The notes under the pieces: generated by a model
What the model was told of the DNA's origin: nothing
Database searches by the model: none
Seen by the model: only the letters and a program-made list of their open reading frames with translations
Made by a program: the position numbers and the translations under genes
Part shown: positions 9,140 to 17,738 of the stretch, piece by piece
How the letters are laid out: each line of letters opens with the position of its first letter
Position numbering within the stretch: position 1 is the first letter of the stretch
From: Thermoflexales bacterium
GTDB lineage: Bacteria > Chloroflexota > Anaerolineae > Fen-1058
DNA length: 64,000 nt
Assembly: GCA_041740315.1 (NCBI GenBank)
Contig: JBGSMF010000337.1
Span: 5,961 to 69,960, forward strand
Direction: 5' to 3'

Positions 9140-10574
9140 GCCCCAACAAATGACCAGTGGCCGAAAACAACTTGATCAGCAGCGGCCAGGTCAACACCAG
9201 GTCGTAGCCCCAATTAGCCAGTGTCAGGGCAATGAGCGCCGCCACCGTAATCTTTTGCCATCGGCTGTGCCAGTGTGGCGCGCCGGCCAGGACAGCCATA
9301 AAGGGCACCAATGTCAGGTGAAAACGCTCCTCGGCCATGGTCAGCATGTGGACGGCAATGTAATAGCCGATGAACAGCGCCACCAGGGCCTTGGCCTTGT
9401 TCCACGGCGTGTTGCATGTGCCTGCAATCGCCAGGGGCAGCAAAAACGCCAGCGGCAGGCACAACGCCAGCAGAACGATTGCCAGTAGCCAGGCAGGCCA
9501 ATGCCCAAGAATGTTGTTGCTGTAAAAGTACATGGGCACACGTTTTTCCAGCGCCCAAAAATGACCCAGTTTGCGCAGGGCCAGGTAAGGCACGCGGGCG
9601 GGGTCGGCCTGGATAAATTCCAGCGCCTTTTGTCGCCCAATCGCATCTCGCTCCATATCGTCCATAATTGTCAGCAAGTCGAGCGAGATGCCATATTGAA
9701 ATGTGCCACTACCCTGCGGGTGATAGCCCAGGTACAGGTTATAGCCCAGGCTGGTTTCAACAAAAGTCAGCTTGCCGTGCAGTAGGGTGTTGCGCACCGA
9801 CCAGGGAATGACGACCACAGCAAAGCTTGTCAGCAATATCGCAGCAGACTGTAGCCTCTTGGAGCGCCACACCCATAGCGCAGCGATAAGCGCAAATCCC
9901 ACCACAATTGAGCGCGTCAGTGTTGCGGCCCCCAGCAGCAAGCCGGCCAAGGCGAAATCGCGCCTTTGTTTGGCCCGCGCCAAGGCTAGCACCGAATAAA
10001 GCAATAGCGGCCAAAACAGATTCTCGCTTGCCAGCCCAAGCGGGTACATTGCCAGAGTTGGGTACACCGCCACAACCAGCGATGCGATGCGGCTGGCACG
10101 CTGGCTGCGGCCCAGGCGGCGCGCCAACAAATAGCTGCCTGGCGCCAGCAGCGCGCCCAGAATCGCCTGGATATAGCGAGCTGCAAAAAAGCGCCCCGGC
10201 AGGCCGCTGAGCAGGTACACGCCGGCCAAAAAAAATGGGTACAGTGGAGCGCGAAAAGAAGTGAGCACGCCGCGCGGGTCGTAATCGGGCGGTACAGGGA
10301 TAGATATATAGCGTGTGATGAGGTCTAAATCGGGCTGGGCATACCAGCGATAGCCTTGGCCGGCGATTAGGCTGCGCGCCAGCATGTCGTACTGGAACAT
10401 GTCATCCAGTCCAATGCCCAGGTGCCGCGTTGCCACCACTGGAGCCAGGCGCACAACCAAGGCGAGGATAAATATCCACCAACCCGTTTTATACAGTTTC
10501 ACCGTCACCTGATTGATTCTTGGTAACTGCTCACCCTCCCGCAGGTTTGAATGTTTTTGGATGTGCATGGACAC
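9129..10574 (-). CDS. GT-C fold membrane glycosyltransferase (GT39/ArnT/PMT-like)
   Basis: 481 aa, about 11 TM segments, N-terminal loop GIGLDDMFQYDMLARSLIAGQGY typical of PMT_2/ArnT-like enzymes. The first 17 codons lie inside a MITE (10523-10644); an alternative native start is GTG at 10508. Confidence 0.65.
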   Translation of the reverse strand: MSMHIQKHSNLREGEQLPRINQVTVKLYKTGWWIFILALVVRLAPVVATRHLGIGLDDMFQYDMLARSLIAGQGYRWYAQPDLDLITRYISIPVPPDYDPRGVLTSFRAPLYPFFLAGVYLLSGLPGRFFAARYIQAILGALLAPGSYLLARRLGRSQRASRIASLVVAVYPTLAMYPLGLASENLFWPLLLYSVLALARAKQRRDFALAGLLLGAATLTRSIVVGFALIAALWVWRSKRLQSAAILLTSFAVVVIPWSVRNTLLHGKLTFVETSLGYNLYLGYHPQGSGTFQYGISLDLLTIMDDMERDAIGRQKALEFIQADPARVPYLALRKLGHFWALEKRVPMYFYSNNILGHWPAWLLAIVLLALCLPLAFLLPLAIAGTCNTPWNKAKALVALFIGYYIAVHMLTMAEERFHLTLVPFMAVLAGAPHWHSRWQKITVAALIALTLANWGYDLVLTWPLLIKLFSATGHLLGLNY

Positions 10575-10644
10575 TTGACCAGGATCGCCGGCCCGCCCAG
10601 GCAGCCAATTTTGTAACCTGCGGGAGGGTAGGCTGAGTAATTAC
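10523..10644. mobile_element. MITE copy 3 (GTAACTNCTCAG-terminus family)
   Basis: Termini GTAACTGCTCAC... and ...GGCTGAGTAATTAC, extended imperfect inverted repeats (CACCCTCCCGCAGGTT / AACCTGCGGGAGGGTA). Flanked by GATTCTTG (10515-10522) and GATTTTTG (10645-10652), 7/8 identical. Confidence 0.6.
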
Positions 10645-10984
10645 GATTTTTGATTGCTCTTGTGACTGACAATGTGGGCATGATAGCACATAACACTGGG
10701 ATTGGGCAGCGGTGCACCGTTCGATACACCACAGATTTCCAAACCCTCTACATGGGTACTAGGGTTGTATAATAGTTTCTTCAGCCTGGATTTTGCTGTT
10801 CGAGCATAGGAATACGCGAACGTCCTCAACAATCGGCTTGCATGGGGATGCAGACCTACGGATGCGGAAAATGAGCTTGGCTGTTGCACACCATAGCGAG
10901 AACCCTCCACTTGCACACCAATGTTGTAAAATGAATGTGTGCATGATAGATGAATAAAGGACAAGATTAAAGGACAAAACATAA

Positions 10985-13522
10985 ATGCAAGACAAAATCA
11001 GTATCAAGGGCGCGCGCCTACATAATCTGAAAAATATTACTTTGGACATTCCCAAAAACAAACTGGTTGTTTTGACCGGCCTATCCGGGTCAGGCAAATC
11101 TACGCTGGCCTTTGACACGCTGCACAAAGAAGGTCAGCGGCAATACATGGAATCGCTGGGGCTGGTCACAGGTGGGTTGAGCAAGCCACCGATGGATTCC
11201 ATTGAAGGGCTGTCTCCGTCCATTTGCATTGACCAGCATCTCACCAATCGCAGTCCGCGCTCAACCGTCGGCACAGCGACAGAAGTGTTTACCTATCTGC
11301 GTGTGCTTTATGCTCGGGCCGGCCACCGGCAGTGTCCGGCTTGCGCGGCAGATATACCGCCATCTCACGCTGTCAATGGCGAAGCGTGGGATGACGAACC
11401 GGGCCAAGCCAGCGAAGCGGAGGCTGACACTTATCCTTGCCCTGCCTGTGGCGCGCCAGTGCCCGAAATGGGCATGGCGACTTTTTCTTTTAATAAACCG
11501 GCCGGGGCGTGCCCCACTTGCACCGGATTGGGCGTGATATACACACCCAATCTAGCCCAGTTGATTGACGCAGAGCAGAGCATCTTGACGGGGGCGGTCA
11601 ACGGCTGGGATATTTATACCATCAAACGAAACTCGGAGACTCTACAAGCCGCCGGCAAGCATTATGGATTTACCTTTGACCCTGCCCAGCCCATCAAGAG
11701 TCTGGATCCAGTGCAGCAGGATTTGCTATTGCACGGTGTAAATAGCCCACAGTTTCGCCGTCATTACCCAGATGTCAAACTGCCCGAAACAGTCAGCCGA
11801 GGGTATTTTGAGGGCGTCGTCACCAACCTTTTGCGTCGGTACGCAGAACACATTCAAGATCCCGATTACCTCGAAAAGATGGATCGGTTTTTGTACCAGC
11901 AAATTTGTCCGGACTGCGGCGGAACCCGCCTGCGCCCGGCCAGCCGCCAGGTGCGAGTGGCCGGCCAGTCCATCGTTGACATATCGCGGCTGCCGCTGGT
12001 TGATCTGGCAGAGTGGCTCGCGCGCCTGACGGGTAACCTGTCACCCGAAGAACAGTGCATCGCCGAACCTGTTTTGGCCGACTTGCATAGCCGGGTTCAA
12101 CGCTTGGTGGATGTCGGCGTGGGCTATCTGACGCTGGAACGTTCTTCGCCCACTCTATCCGCCGGCGAAGCGCACCGCCTGCGCCTGGCGGCGTTATTGG
12201 GGTCTGGCCTGACAGGCGTTTTGTATGTTCTCGATGAGCCAACCATCGGACTGCACCCTTGCGATACCATGCGGCTCATCAAGGTACTGCGCCAACTGCG
12301 CGATTTAGGCAACACGGTATTGGTCATCGAACACGATTTGGACATGCTGCGCGCAGCCGACCATGTTGTAGATATTGGCCCGGGTGCTGGCCGTGCCGGC
12401 GGGCAGGTGGTGGTAGCCGGCTCGCCCCAGGCTGTGGCCGACTGTCCCAATTCCATCACTGGCGATTATTTGTCTGGTCGTTCGTACATTCCGCTGCCCC
12501 CCACTCGGCGCGCTGGCAACGGCAAGCAATTGACGATCAAGGGCGCGCGCGCCCATAATTTGAAAAATATTACGGTCAACTTGCCATTGGGCAAGTTGAT
12601 TGCCATCACCGGAGCATCTGGATCGGGCAAGTCTTCGTTAATGTTTGATATTCTTGACTGTGCAGCCCGCCAGCGTTTCTACGGCGCCCGCGATGTTCCA
12701 GGCGAGCACGATGCCATTGAAGGCTGGGAACACCTGGACAAAATTGTCACCATAGATCAAAGCGCCATTGGGCGCTCGCCCCGCTCCAATGCGGCCACAT
12801 ACACCGACGCCTTTACACCCATTCGCGCCGCATTCGCGGACACGCCTGAGGCGCGTCACCGTAAACTGACCCCCCGGCACTTTTCTTTCAACGTGCCGGG
12901 GGGGCGCTGCGAAAGATGCGAAGGCGCTGGTGTATTGGCAGTCGAGATGCACTTTTTGCCAGACGTCCAGGTGCGCTGCCCAGCCTGCCACGGGCGGCGT
13001 TTCACGCGTAAAGTGTTGGCGGCGCAGTATCGCGGGCGCGACATTGCCCAGGTGCTCGACATGACAATCGAAGAATCGCTGGCATTATTCCAAGATGTGC
13101 CGGCAGCGGCGGATAGGTTGGCCTTGATGGTTGACGTCGGTCTGGGTTATTTGCAATTGGGACAACCGGCAACAACGCTCTCTGGCGGCGAAGCGCAACG
13201 CGTCAAGCTGGCAAAAGAATTGAGCCGCCGCGCCACCGGCCGCACGCTCTACCTGCTGGATGAGCCGACCACCGGGCTGCATGTGGCCGATACAGCCCGC
13301 TTGCTGACTTTGCTGCATCGCCTGGTGGAAATAGGCAACACTGTCATCGTCATAGAGCATAACCTGGATGTGATCAAAGCCGCCGATTGGATCATTGACC
13401 TGGGGCCGGAGGGGGGACAGGCTGGCGGCCAGCTTGTGGCAGAGGGAACGCCGGAGCAGGTAGCGCAAGTGGGGCTTTCACGCACAGGATCGTTTTTGCG
13501 CCAGATATTTGTGCTATCCTAG
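10985..13522 (+). CDS. UvrA-family ABC ATPase, class II-like paralogue lacking the UvrB-binding domain
   Basis: 845 aa; ISIKGARLHNLKNITLDIPKNKLVVLTGLSGSGKSTLAFDTL, two ABC modules, Zn modules. Only about 35 residues lie between CPAC and CPAC preceding FSFNKPAGACPTCTGLG, where canonical UvrA carries a ~130-aa UvrB-binding insert. Confidence 0.8.
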   Translation: MQDKISIKGARLHNLKNITLDIPKNKLVVLTGLSGSGKSTLAFDTLHKEGQRQYMESLGLVTGGLSKPPMDSIEGLSPSICIDQHLTNRSPRSTVGTATEVFTYLRVLYARAGHRQCPACAADIPPSHAVNGEAWDDEPGQASEAEADTYPCPACGAPVPEMGMATFSFNKPAGACPTCTGLGVIYTPNLAQLIDAEQSILTGAVNGWDIYTIKRNSETLQAAGKHYGFTFDPAQPIKSLDPVQQDLLLHGVNSPQFRRHYPDVKLPETVSRGYFEGVVTNLLRRYAEHIQDPDYLEKMDRFLYQQICPDCGGTRLRPASRQVRVAGQSIVDISRLPLVDLAEWLARLTGNLSPEEQCIAEPVLADLHSRVQRLVDVGVGYLTLERSSPTLSAGEAHRLRLAALLGSGLTGVLYVLDEPTIGLHPCDTMRLIKVLRQLRDLGNTVLVIEHDLDMLRAADHVVDIGPGAGRAGGQVVVAGSPQAVADCPNSITGDYLSGRSYIPLPPTRRAGNGKQLTIKGARAHNLKNITVNLPLGKLIAITGASGSGKSSLMFDILDCAARQRFYGARDVPGEHDAIEGWEHLDKIVTIDQSAIGRSPRSNAATYTDAFTPIRAAFADTPEARHRKLTPRHFSFNVPGGRCERCEGAGVLAVEMHFLPDVQVRCPACHGRRFTRKVLAAQYRGRDIAQVLDMTIEESLALFQDVPAAADRLALMVDVGLGYLQLGQPATTLSGGEAQRVKLAKELSRRATGRTLYLLDEPTTGLHVADTARLLTLLHRLVEIGNTVIVIEHNLDVIKAADWIIDLGPEGGQAGGQLVAEGTPEQVAQVGLSRTGSFLRQIFVLS

Positions 13523-15385
13523 ATGCGCCTTGAGGCTCTCGGCCACTTTGCGCGGCACTACCTGGGCCAGCTCGTCCACACTGGCCGCGCGAATGCCGTC
13601 TAGCGAGCCAAATCGCTTGAGCAACACCAAGCGCCGCGCGTGACCAATGCCGGGGATGCTATCGAGTTGGCTGGCCAGCCCCTTTTTGGCGCGCAGGGTG
13701 CGATGGGCCGTAATGGCAAAGCGGTGGGCCTCATCCCGGATGCGCTGAAAGAGAAACAGCCCCTGCGACCGGCGCGGCAGCAGGATGGGTTTGGATCGGC
13801 CCGGCGCAAAGATTTCTTCTTGTTGCTTGGCCAACCCGACGACGGGCACCTTGTCTAGCAGGTCAAATTCGCGCAGCACCTCTACCGCCACGCCCAATTG
13901 TCCCTTGCCGCCATCCACAATCAACAGGTCGGGCAACATGGCAAAGCTCGAATCGCGCTTGCGCCCTGGGGCGCGGCTGGCCTCGCCTTGTTCTTTAGAG
14001 TAATGTTTAAAGCGCCGACACAATACTTCGCGCATCGAGGCATAATCATCCGGCGCGCCAGAAACGGTCTTGATGTTAAACTTGCGGTAATCGGCCTTGC
14101 GCGGCACCCCCTTGACAAAGACCACCATCGAGCCAACGATAGCCGTGCCTTGGGTGTTGCTGATGTCGTAGCACTCGACGCGCGAGGGGGGGGCGCTCAG
14201 CCCCAGTGCTTCTGCAACTTCTTGCAGGGCCTGTTCGTGCTTGTGCTCGTCGGCTTGCCACTGTGCCCGCAGCGAGGCCAGCATCTCGGCGGCGTTCTCG
14301 GCGGCCATGGCCACCAGATCGGCCGAGCTTCCTTCGTTGGGCACATCTAGCGCCACGCTGCTGCCGCGCTTTTGCCTCAGCCACTGTTCGATGATGAGCG
14401 TTTCTTCGACCTCGGTTTGCAACAGCACCTCGGGTGGAATGGCCGCCGCCTCTTCGTAAAACTGCTTGAGGAATCCACCCACAATGTCGCGCGGCTCGGC
14501 GTCTTCAGTGCCCTCTAGCACAAAATACTCGCGCCCAATCAGCTTGCCCTGGCGGATGAAAAATACCTGCACGCAGGCATCGCCATCTTCCCTGGCAAAC
14601 GCCACCACGTCCTGATCTTTAAAGGTCGTGCTGACTACCTTTTGCCGTTCGGCAATGTGCTGCAATGCCTTTAATTGGTCACGGTACCACGCGGCGCGTT
14701 CGTACTGCATGTTGTCAGAGGCGGCTTGCATCCGCTCGCGCAGGTAGCTTTCTACCACCTCGGTGCGGCCTTCCAAAAAGTTGCACAATTGCTCAATCGT
14801 CGCGCGATATTCTTCCTGGCTGGCTGCCCCAATGCACGGCGCGCTGCAGCGCTTGATGTCGTAATACAGGCAGGCGCGCGGGTCGTGGCCCGTAATTTCG
14901 CGGTCGCACGTCAGGTAGGGGAAAACTTTGCGCAGTGTGTCCATAGTTTGGTAGACCGCGCCGGCGTTGGTATAGGGGCCAAAGTAGCGCGCGCCGCTTG
15001 GCTCCATGCGGCGGGTGACCTCGACTTTGGGAAAGGGGTTTTGCCAGTTGACCTTGATATAAGGGTAGCGCTTGTCGTCTTTGAGCCGCACGTTAAAGCG
15101 CGGGCGGTAACGCTTGATGAGATTACACTCCAAGACTAGCGCTTCCAGCTCGCTTTCGGTGATAATCCATTCCAGGTCGGCCATTTCGCCCAACAGCCGG
15201 GCTGTCTTGAGGTTTTCTTCGACGCTCGCGTGAAAGTACGAGCGCACCCGGTTGCGCAAATTGATGGCCTTGCCCACATAGATCACCGCGCCGCGCGCGT
15301 CGCGGTAAAGGTACACGCCTGGCTTGGTGGGCAAGCTGTCTAGCTTCTCACGGATGGTGGGTGAAATGTCCATATGATCTGGCAA
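13514..15385 (-). CDS. uvrC: Excinuclease ABC subunit C
   Basis: 623 aa; N-terminal GIY-YIG (PGVYLYRDARGAVIYVGKAINLRNRVRSY), UVR domain, C-terminal RNase H-like endonuclease and (HhH)2. Confidence 0.9.
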   Translation of the reverse strand: MPDHMDISPTIREKLDSLPTKPGVYLYRDARGAVIYVGKAINLRNRVRSYFHASVEENLKTARLLGEMADLEWIITESELEALVLECNLIKRYRPRFNVRLKDDKRYPYIKVNWQNPFPKVEVTRRMEPSGARYFGPYTNAGAVYQTMDTLRKVFPYLTCDREITGHDPRACLYYDIKRCSAPCIGAASQEEYRATIEQLCNFLEGRTEVVESYLRERMQAASDNMQYERAAWYRDQLKALQHIAERQKVVSTTFKDQDVVAFAREDGDACVQVFFIRQGKLIGREYFVLEGTEDAEPRDIVGGFLKQFYEEAAAIPPEVLLQTEVEETLIIEQWLRQKRGSSVALDVPNEGSSADLVAMAAENAAEMLASLRAQWQADEHKHEQALQEVAEALGLSAPPSRVECYDISNTQGTAIVGSMVVFVKGVPRKADYRKFNIKTVSGAPDDYASMREVLCRRFKHYSKEQGEASRAPGRKRDSSFAMLPDLLIVDGGKGQLGVAVEVLREFDLLDKVPVVGLAKQQEEIFAPGRSKPILLPRRSQGLFLFQRIRDEAHRFAITAHRTLRAKKGLASQLDSIPGIGHARRLVLLKRFGSLDGIRAASVDELAQVVPRKVAESLKAHLG

Positions 15386-15449
15386 CAGTTATTCAAGTTA
15401 GCATGAATAAGCCTGGTTGTTATTATAGCATAAGCCAGAAAGCCTTGAT

Positions 15450-15477
15450 TTGACATTGTGCTAGGGCGCGGTATAAT
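15450..15477 (+). promoter_or_regulatory. Consensus sigma70-type promoter of the serS leader
   Basis: TTGACA-16 nt-TATAAT. Confidence 0.6.
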
Positions 15478-15483
15478 TTGCCC

Positions 15484-15724
15484 AACGACGACGACGGAGA
15501 CAAGTAGGCATTTGCCTGACCTCAGCAAGTTGCCGGGTGATGCAAGGCAATGGCAGGCCCGCCCAAATCCACTCTATCAGTCGGTGGCAAAGAGCCAACC
15601 CGGTTGCTCCCGTTATCGAGCCTGATGAGGTCACTCAGTGGAGCGGCATCCCCATGCTGCGCTGGGTGGCGAATCCAGGTGGCACCACGAGCGCCCCTCG
15701 TCCTGGCAATGGCGGGGGGTTTTT
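15484..15724 (+). promoter_or_regulatory. T-box riboswitch leader (tRNA-Ser responsive) with intrinsic terminator
   Basis: T-box core AATCCAGGTGGCACCACGAG (15672-15691). Terminator stem CCCCTCG/CGGGGGG (15694-15719) followed by TTTTTAATTT. K-turn-like UGAUG elements and a GGUGGCAAAGAG distal-loop-like segment lie upstream. Sits directly upstream of serS. Confidence 0.65.
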
Positions 15725-15787
15725 AATTTAAGATCCCAAATTCAAGATTGCAAATTTAAAATTTCAGATTCGAGATTGGAGGGAAAA

Positions 15788-17056
15788 ATGTTGGACCTGA
15801 ATTATATCCGTGAACATCCCGAACAAGTCAAAGAAGCGATGAAAAAGCTGTATGCCGAAGCGCCGATTGACGACATCCTGGCGCTAGACGCGCGGCGGCG
15901 CGGCTTGCTGAGTGAGGTGGAACGGCTCAAAGCCGAGCGCAACGCCGTCAGCAAAGAAATTGGCAAAATGAAGGCTGCCGCCGAGCGCGAGGCCAAGATT
16001 GCGGCGATGAAGGAGGTGGGCAAGCGCATTGACGAGCTTGACGCGCAGGTGCGCGAGACTGAGGCCAGTCTCAACGAGTTGATGTTGACCGTGCCCAACT
16101 TGCCCGATGCCAGCGTGCCGGTCGCGCCGGATGAAAGCCACAATCTAATCACGGCGCAAGAAGGCGAAGCAACTCGCCAAGACTGGCACAGCCCGCACTG
16201 GGACCTGGGGCCGATGCTGGGACTGATTTGGTTTGATCGTGGGGTCAAAATCAGCGGCACGCGCTTTTACGTGCTGCATGGCGCCGGCGCGCGCCTGCAG
16301 CGGGCGCTCATCACGTGGATGCTGGATGCGCACATTGCGCAAGGCTACACCGAAGTTTGCCCACCGTCCCTCGTGCGTGGCGAGTGCCTGGTGGGCACGG
16401 GGCAACTGCCCAAGTTTGGCGAAAACCTGTACCGCGATGCCGAAGAAGATTTGTGGCTCATTCCCACCGCCGAAGTGCCGGTGACAAACATGTATCGCGA
16501 CGAAATTTTGGACGGCGACAAGTTGCCCATTCACCACGTAGCTTATACGCAGTGCTTTCGCAGAGAAAAGATGAGCGCCGGGCGCGACGTGCGCGGCATC
16601 AAGCGCGGGCACGAGTTTGCAAAAGTCGAGATGGTCAAGTTCTGCAAGCCAGAAGACAGCATGAAGGAACTGGAAACGCTCGTCGAAAACGCGCGCGAGG
16701 TGTGCAGATTGCTTCGGATCCCCCACCGGGTAGTAATGATGTGCACGGGAGATTTGAGCTTTACGGCTGCCGCCAAGTACGACGTGGAAATGTGGGCGCC
16801 GGGCTGTAATGAGTGGTTAGAGGTATCAAGCTGTAGTAGTTTTGGAACGTTTCAGGCCAGGCGCGCTAACATAAGATTTCGCAGAGAGAAAGGTGGCAAA
16901 CCTGAGTATGTAGCGACGCTCAATGGCTCAGGTTTGGGCTTGCCACGCACGCTGATTGCCGTGCTGGAAAATTACCAGCAAAAAGATGGTAGCGTTGTTG
17001 TGCCAGAGGTGCTGCGACCGTATATGGGCGGGATAGACGTTATACGCGGAGCATAA
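15788..17056 (+). CDS. serS: Seryl-tRNA synthetase
   Basis: MLDLNYIREHPEQVKEAMKK..., coiled-coil tRNA-binding arm, class II motifs (FRRE, GSGLGLPR). The track start 15638 runs through the T-box leader, so the internal ATG 15788 preceded by GGAGGG was chosen. Confidence 0.9.
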   Translation: MLDLNYIREHPEQVKEAMKKLYAEAPIDDILALDARRRGLLSEVERLKAERNAVSKEIGKMKAAAEREAKIAAMKEVGKRIDELDAQVRETEASLNELMLTVPNLPDASVPVAPDESHNLITAQEGEATRQDWHSPHWDLGPMLGLIWFDRGVKISGTRFYVLHGAGARLQRALITWMLDAHIAQGYTEVCPPSLVRGECLVGTGQLPKFGENLYRDAEEDLWLIPTAEVPVTNMYRDEILDGDKLPIHHVAYTQCFRREKMSAGRDVRGIKRGHEFAKVEMVKFCKPEDSMKELETLVENAREVCRLLRIPHRVVMMCTGDLSFTAAAKYDVEMWAPGCNEWLEVSSCSSFGTFQARRANIRFRREKGGKPEYVATLNGSGLGLPRTLIAVLENYQQKDGSVVVPEVLRPYMGGIDVIRGA

Positions 17057-17333
17057 AAGAGAAAAGCAGGCGCGCCAAGTTTGGCTTGAAAGGATGCTGT
17101 TCAAAGTTTTTCGTTCGCGTTGTGCCGGATGCAGTCATGCATAGCGCATTTATTGTGCCGCTTTGCGCGGCGATTAATCGCCGCGCTACACAGGTGCGCC
17201 CGATCAATCGGGCTTGCAAGCCCCGTTCACAGGACGTGGCCCATAGCTCGAACATTGATGTTCGAGCGAATGCGCAAGCGTCTAGCGCGCAAAAACGTGA
17301 ACCGCTGCGGCGCGGGCGCTTGAAAATTCCCTA

Positions 17334-17362
17334 TTGACATTTGCCCTAAATTGTGGCACAAT
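17334..17362 (+). promoter_or_regulatory. Sigma70-type promoter (extended -10)
   Basis: TTGACA-17 nt-CACAAT with TGG immediately upstream of the -10. Confidence 0.45.
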
Positions 17363-17369
17363 TGTTCTG

Positions 17370-17557
17370 TAGATAGAACCTTATCAAATTAAGCGCGGGG
17401 CACAGGTGTTTCGACCACCTGCACCCCACTGACCAGGAACGGCGTTCAACCCGCCGCGCCAGGCTGATGGCATGATAACAGTTGCTCAAGATTTTGCAAC
17501 TTTCAGTTTTTGCACTCATCAGTTTTGCAGGCAGCGCGCCGTTTGCGCTGCTTTTTA
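17370..17557 (+). ncRNA. Candidate ~190-nt small structured RNA or leader of unknown class, ending in an intrinsic terminator
   Basis: Promoter at 17334-17362. Internal helices GCGCGG...CCGCGC enclosing GGGGCACAGGTG/CACCTGCACCCC. Three spaced TTTTGCA repeats. Terminator GCAGCGC gccgttt GCGCTGC TTTTT (17531-17556). Confidence 0.35.
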
Positions 17558-17738
17558 TTTAACCTCTCGCTATCCCTTGCCCTTTCCCTTCAGGAGAGAG
17601 AAGGAGTTGGGGGTAGGTGAGGACGTGGGGCCACAAGCAAAATGCCGAAAGTGGTCGGCCCACTTTCGGCGGCGGGCCGGCGAGTTGCCTTCCGGCCCGT
17701 GAGCCAATCATAGCATAAGCAGAAAGGAGTTGCAAGAA

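Noticed and set aside
10575-10984. 113-aa and 122-aa minus-strand ORFs and possible RNA gene in the AT-richer GT39/uvrA-like intergenic region
   Set aside because: The ORFs are low-complexity with no motifs and overlap a MITE. I saw no tRNA-like cloverleaf or a promoter/terminator pair. A TGTATAAT extended -10-like element near 10769-10776 is noted, but it is too isolated to call.
15638-15787. N-terminal 50-codon extension of serS given in the ORF track
   Set aside because: It reads through the T-box core and its terminator. The internal ATG 15788 has a GGAGGG ribosome-binding site and gives the canonical MLDLNYIREHPE N-terminus. Similar over-extensions were trimmed at 18061, 22005, 38893, 43066, 50103, 52101 and 62323.
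17247-17266. CTCGAACATTGATGTTCGAG as a LexA (Cheo-type) SOS box
   Set aside because: The half-sites GAAC/GTTC are separated by 6 nt rather than the 4 nt of the GAAC-N4-GTTC consensus. No DNA-repair gene lies immediately downstream. It is kept only as part of the palindrome-cluster observation.
17370-17557. Candidate RNA as a fluoride (crcB) riboswitch or 6S RNA
   Set aside because: - It contains CUGAUGGC and a CGGCG/CGCCG helix reminiscent of the fluoride motif, but lacks the second hairpin and the pseudoknot partner. The downstream gene is also not a fluoride transporter.
- The 5' and 3' ends are not complementary, which 6S RNA requires.
17575-17700. 76-aa ORF 17472-17702 and the hairpins GCCGAAAGTGG/CCACTTTCGGC and GGGCCGG/CCGGCCC as a gene or terminator
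   Set aside because: The ORF crosses an intrinsic terminator and a repeat-like pyrimidine/purine hairpin. The hairpins lack U-tracts. They are probably generic GC-rich REP-like structures in the leader of the 17739 gene.
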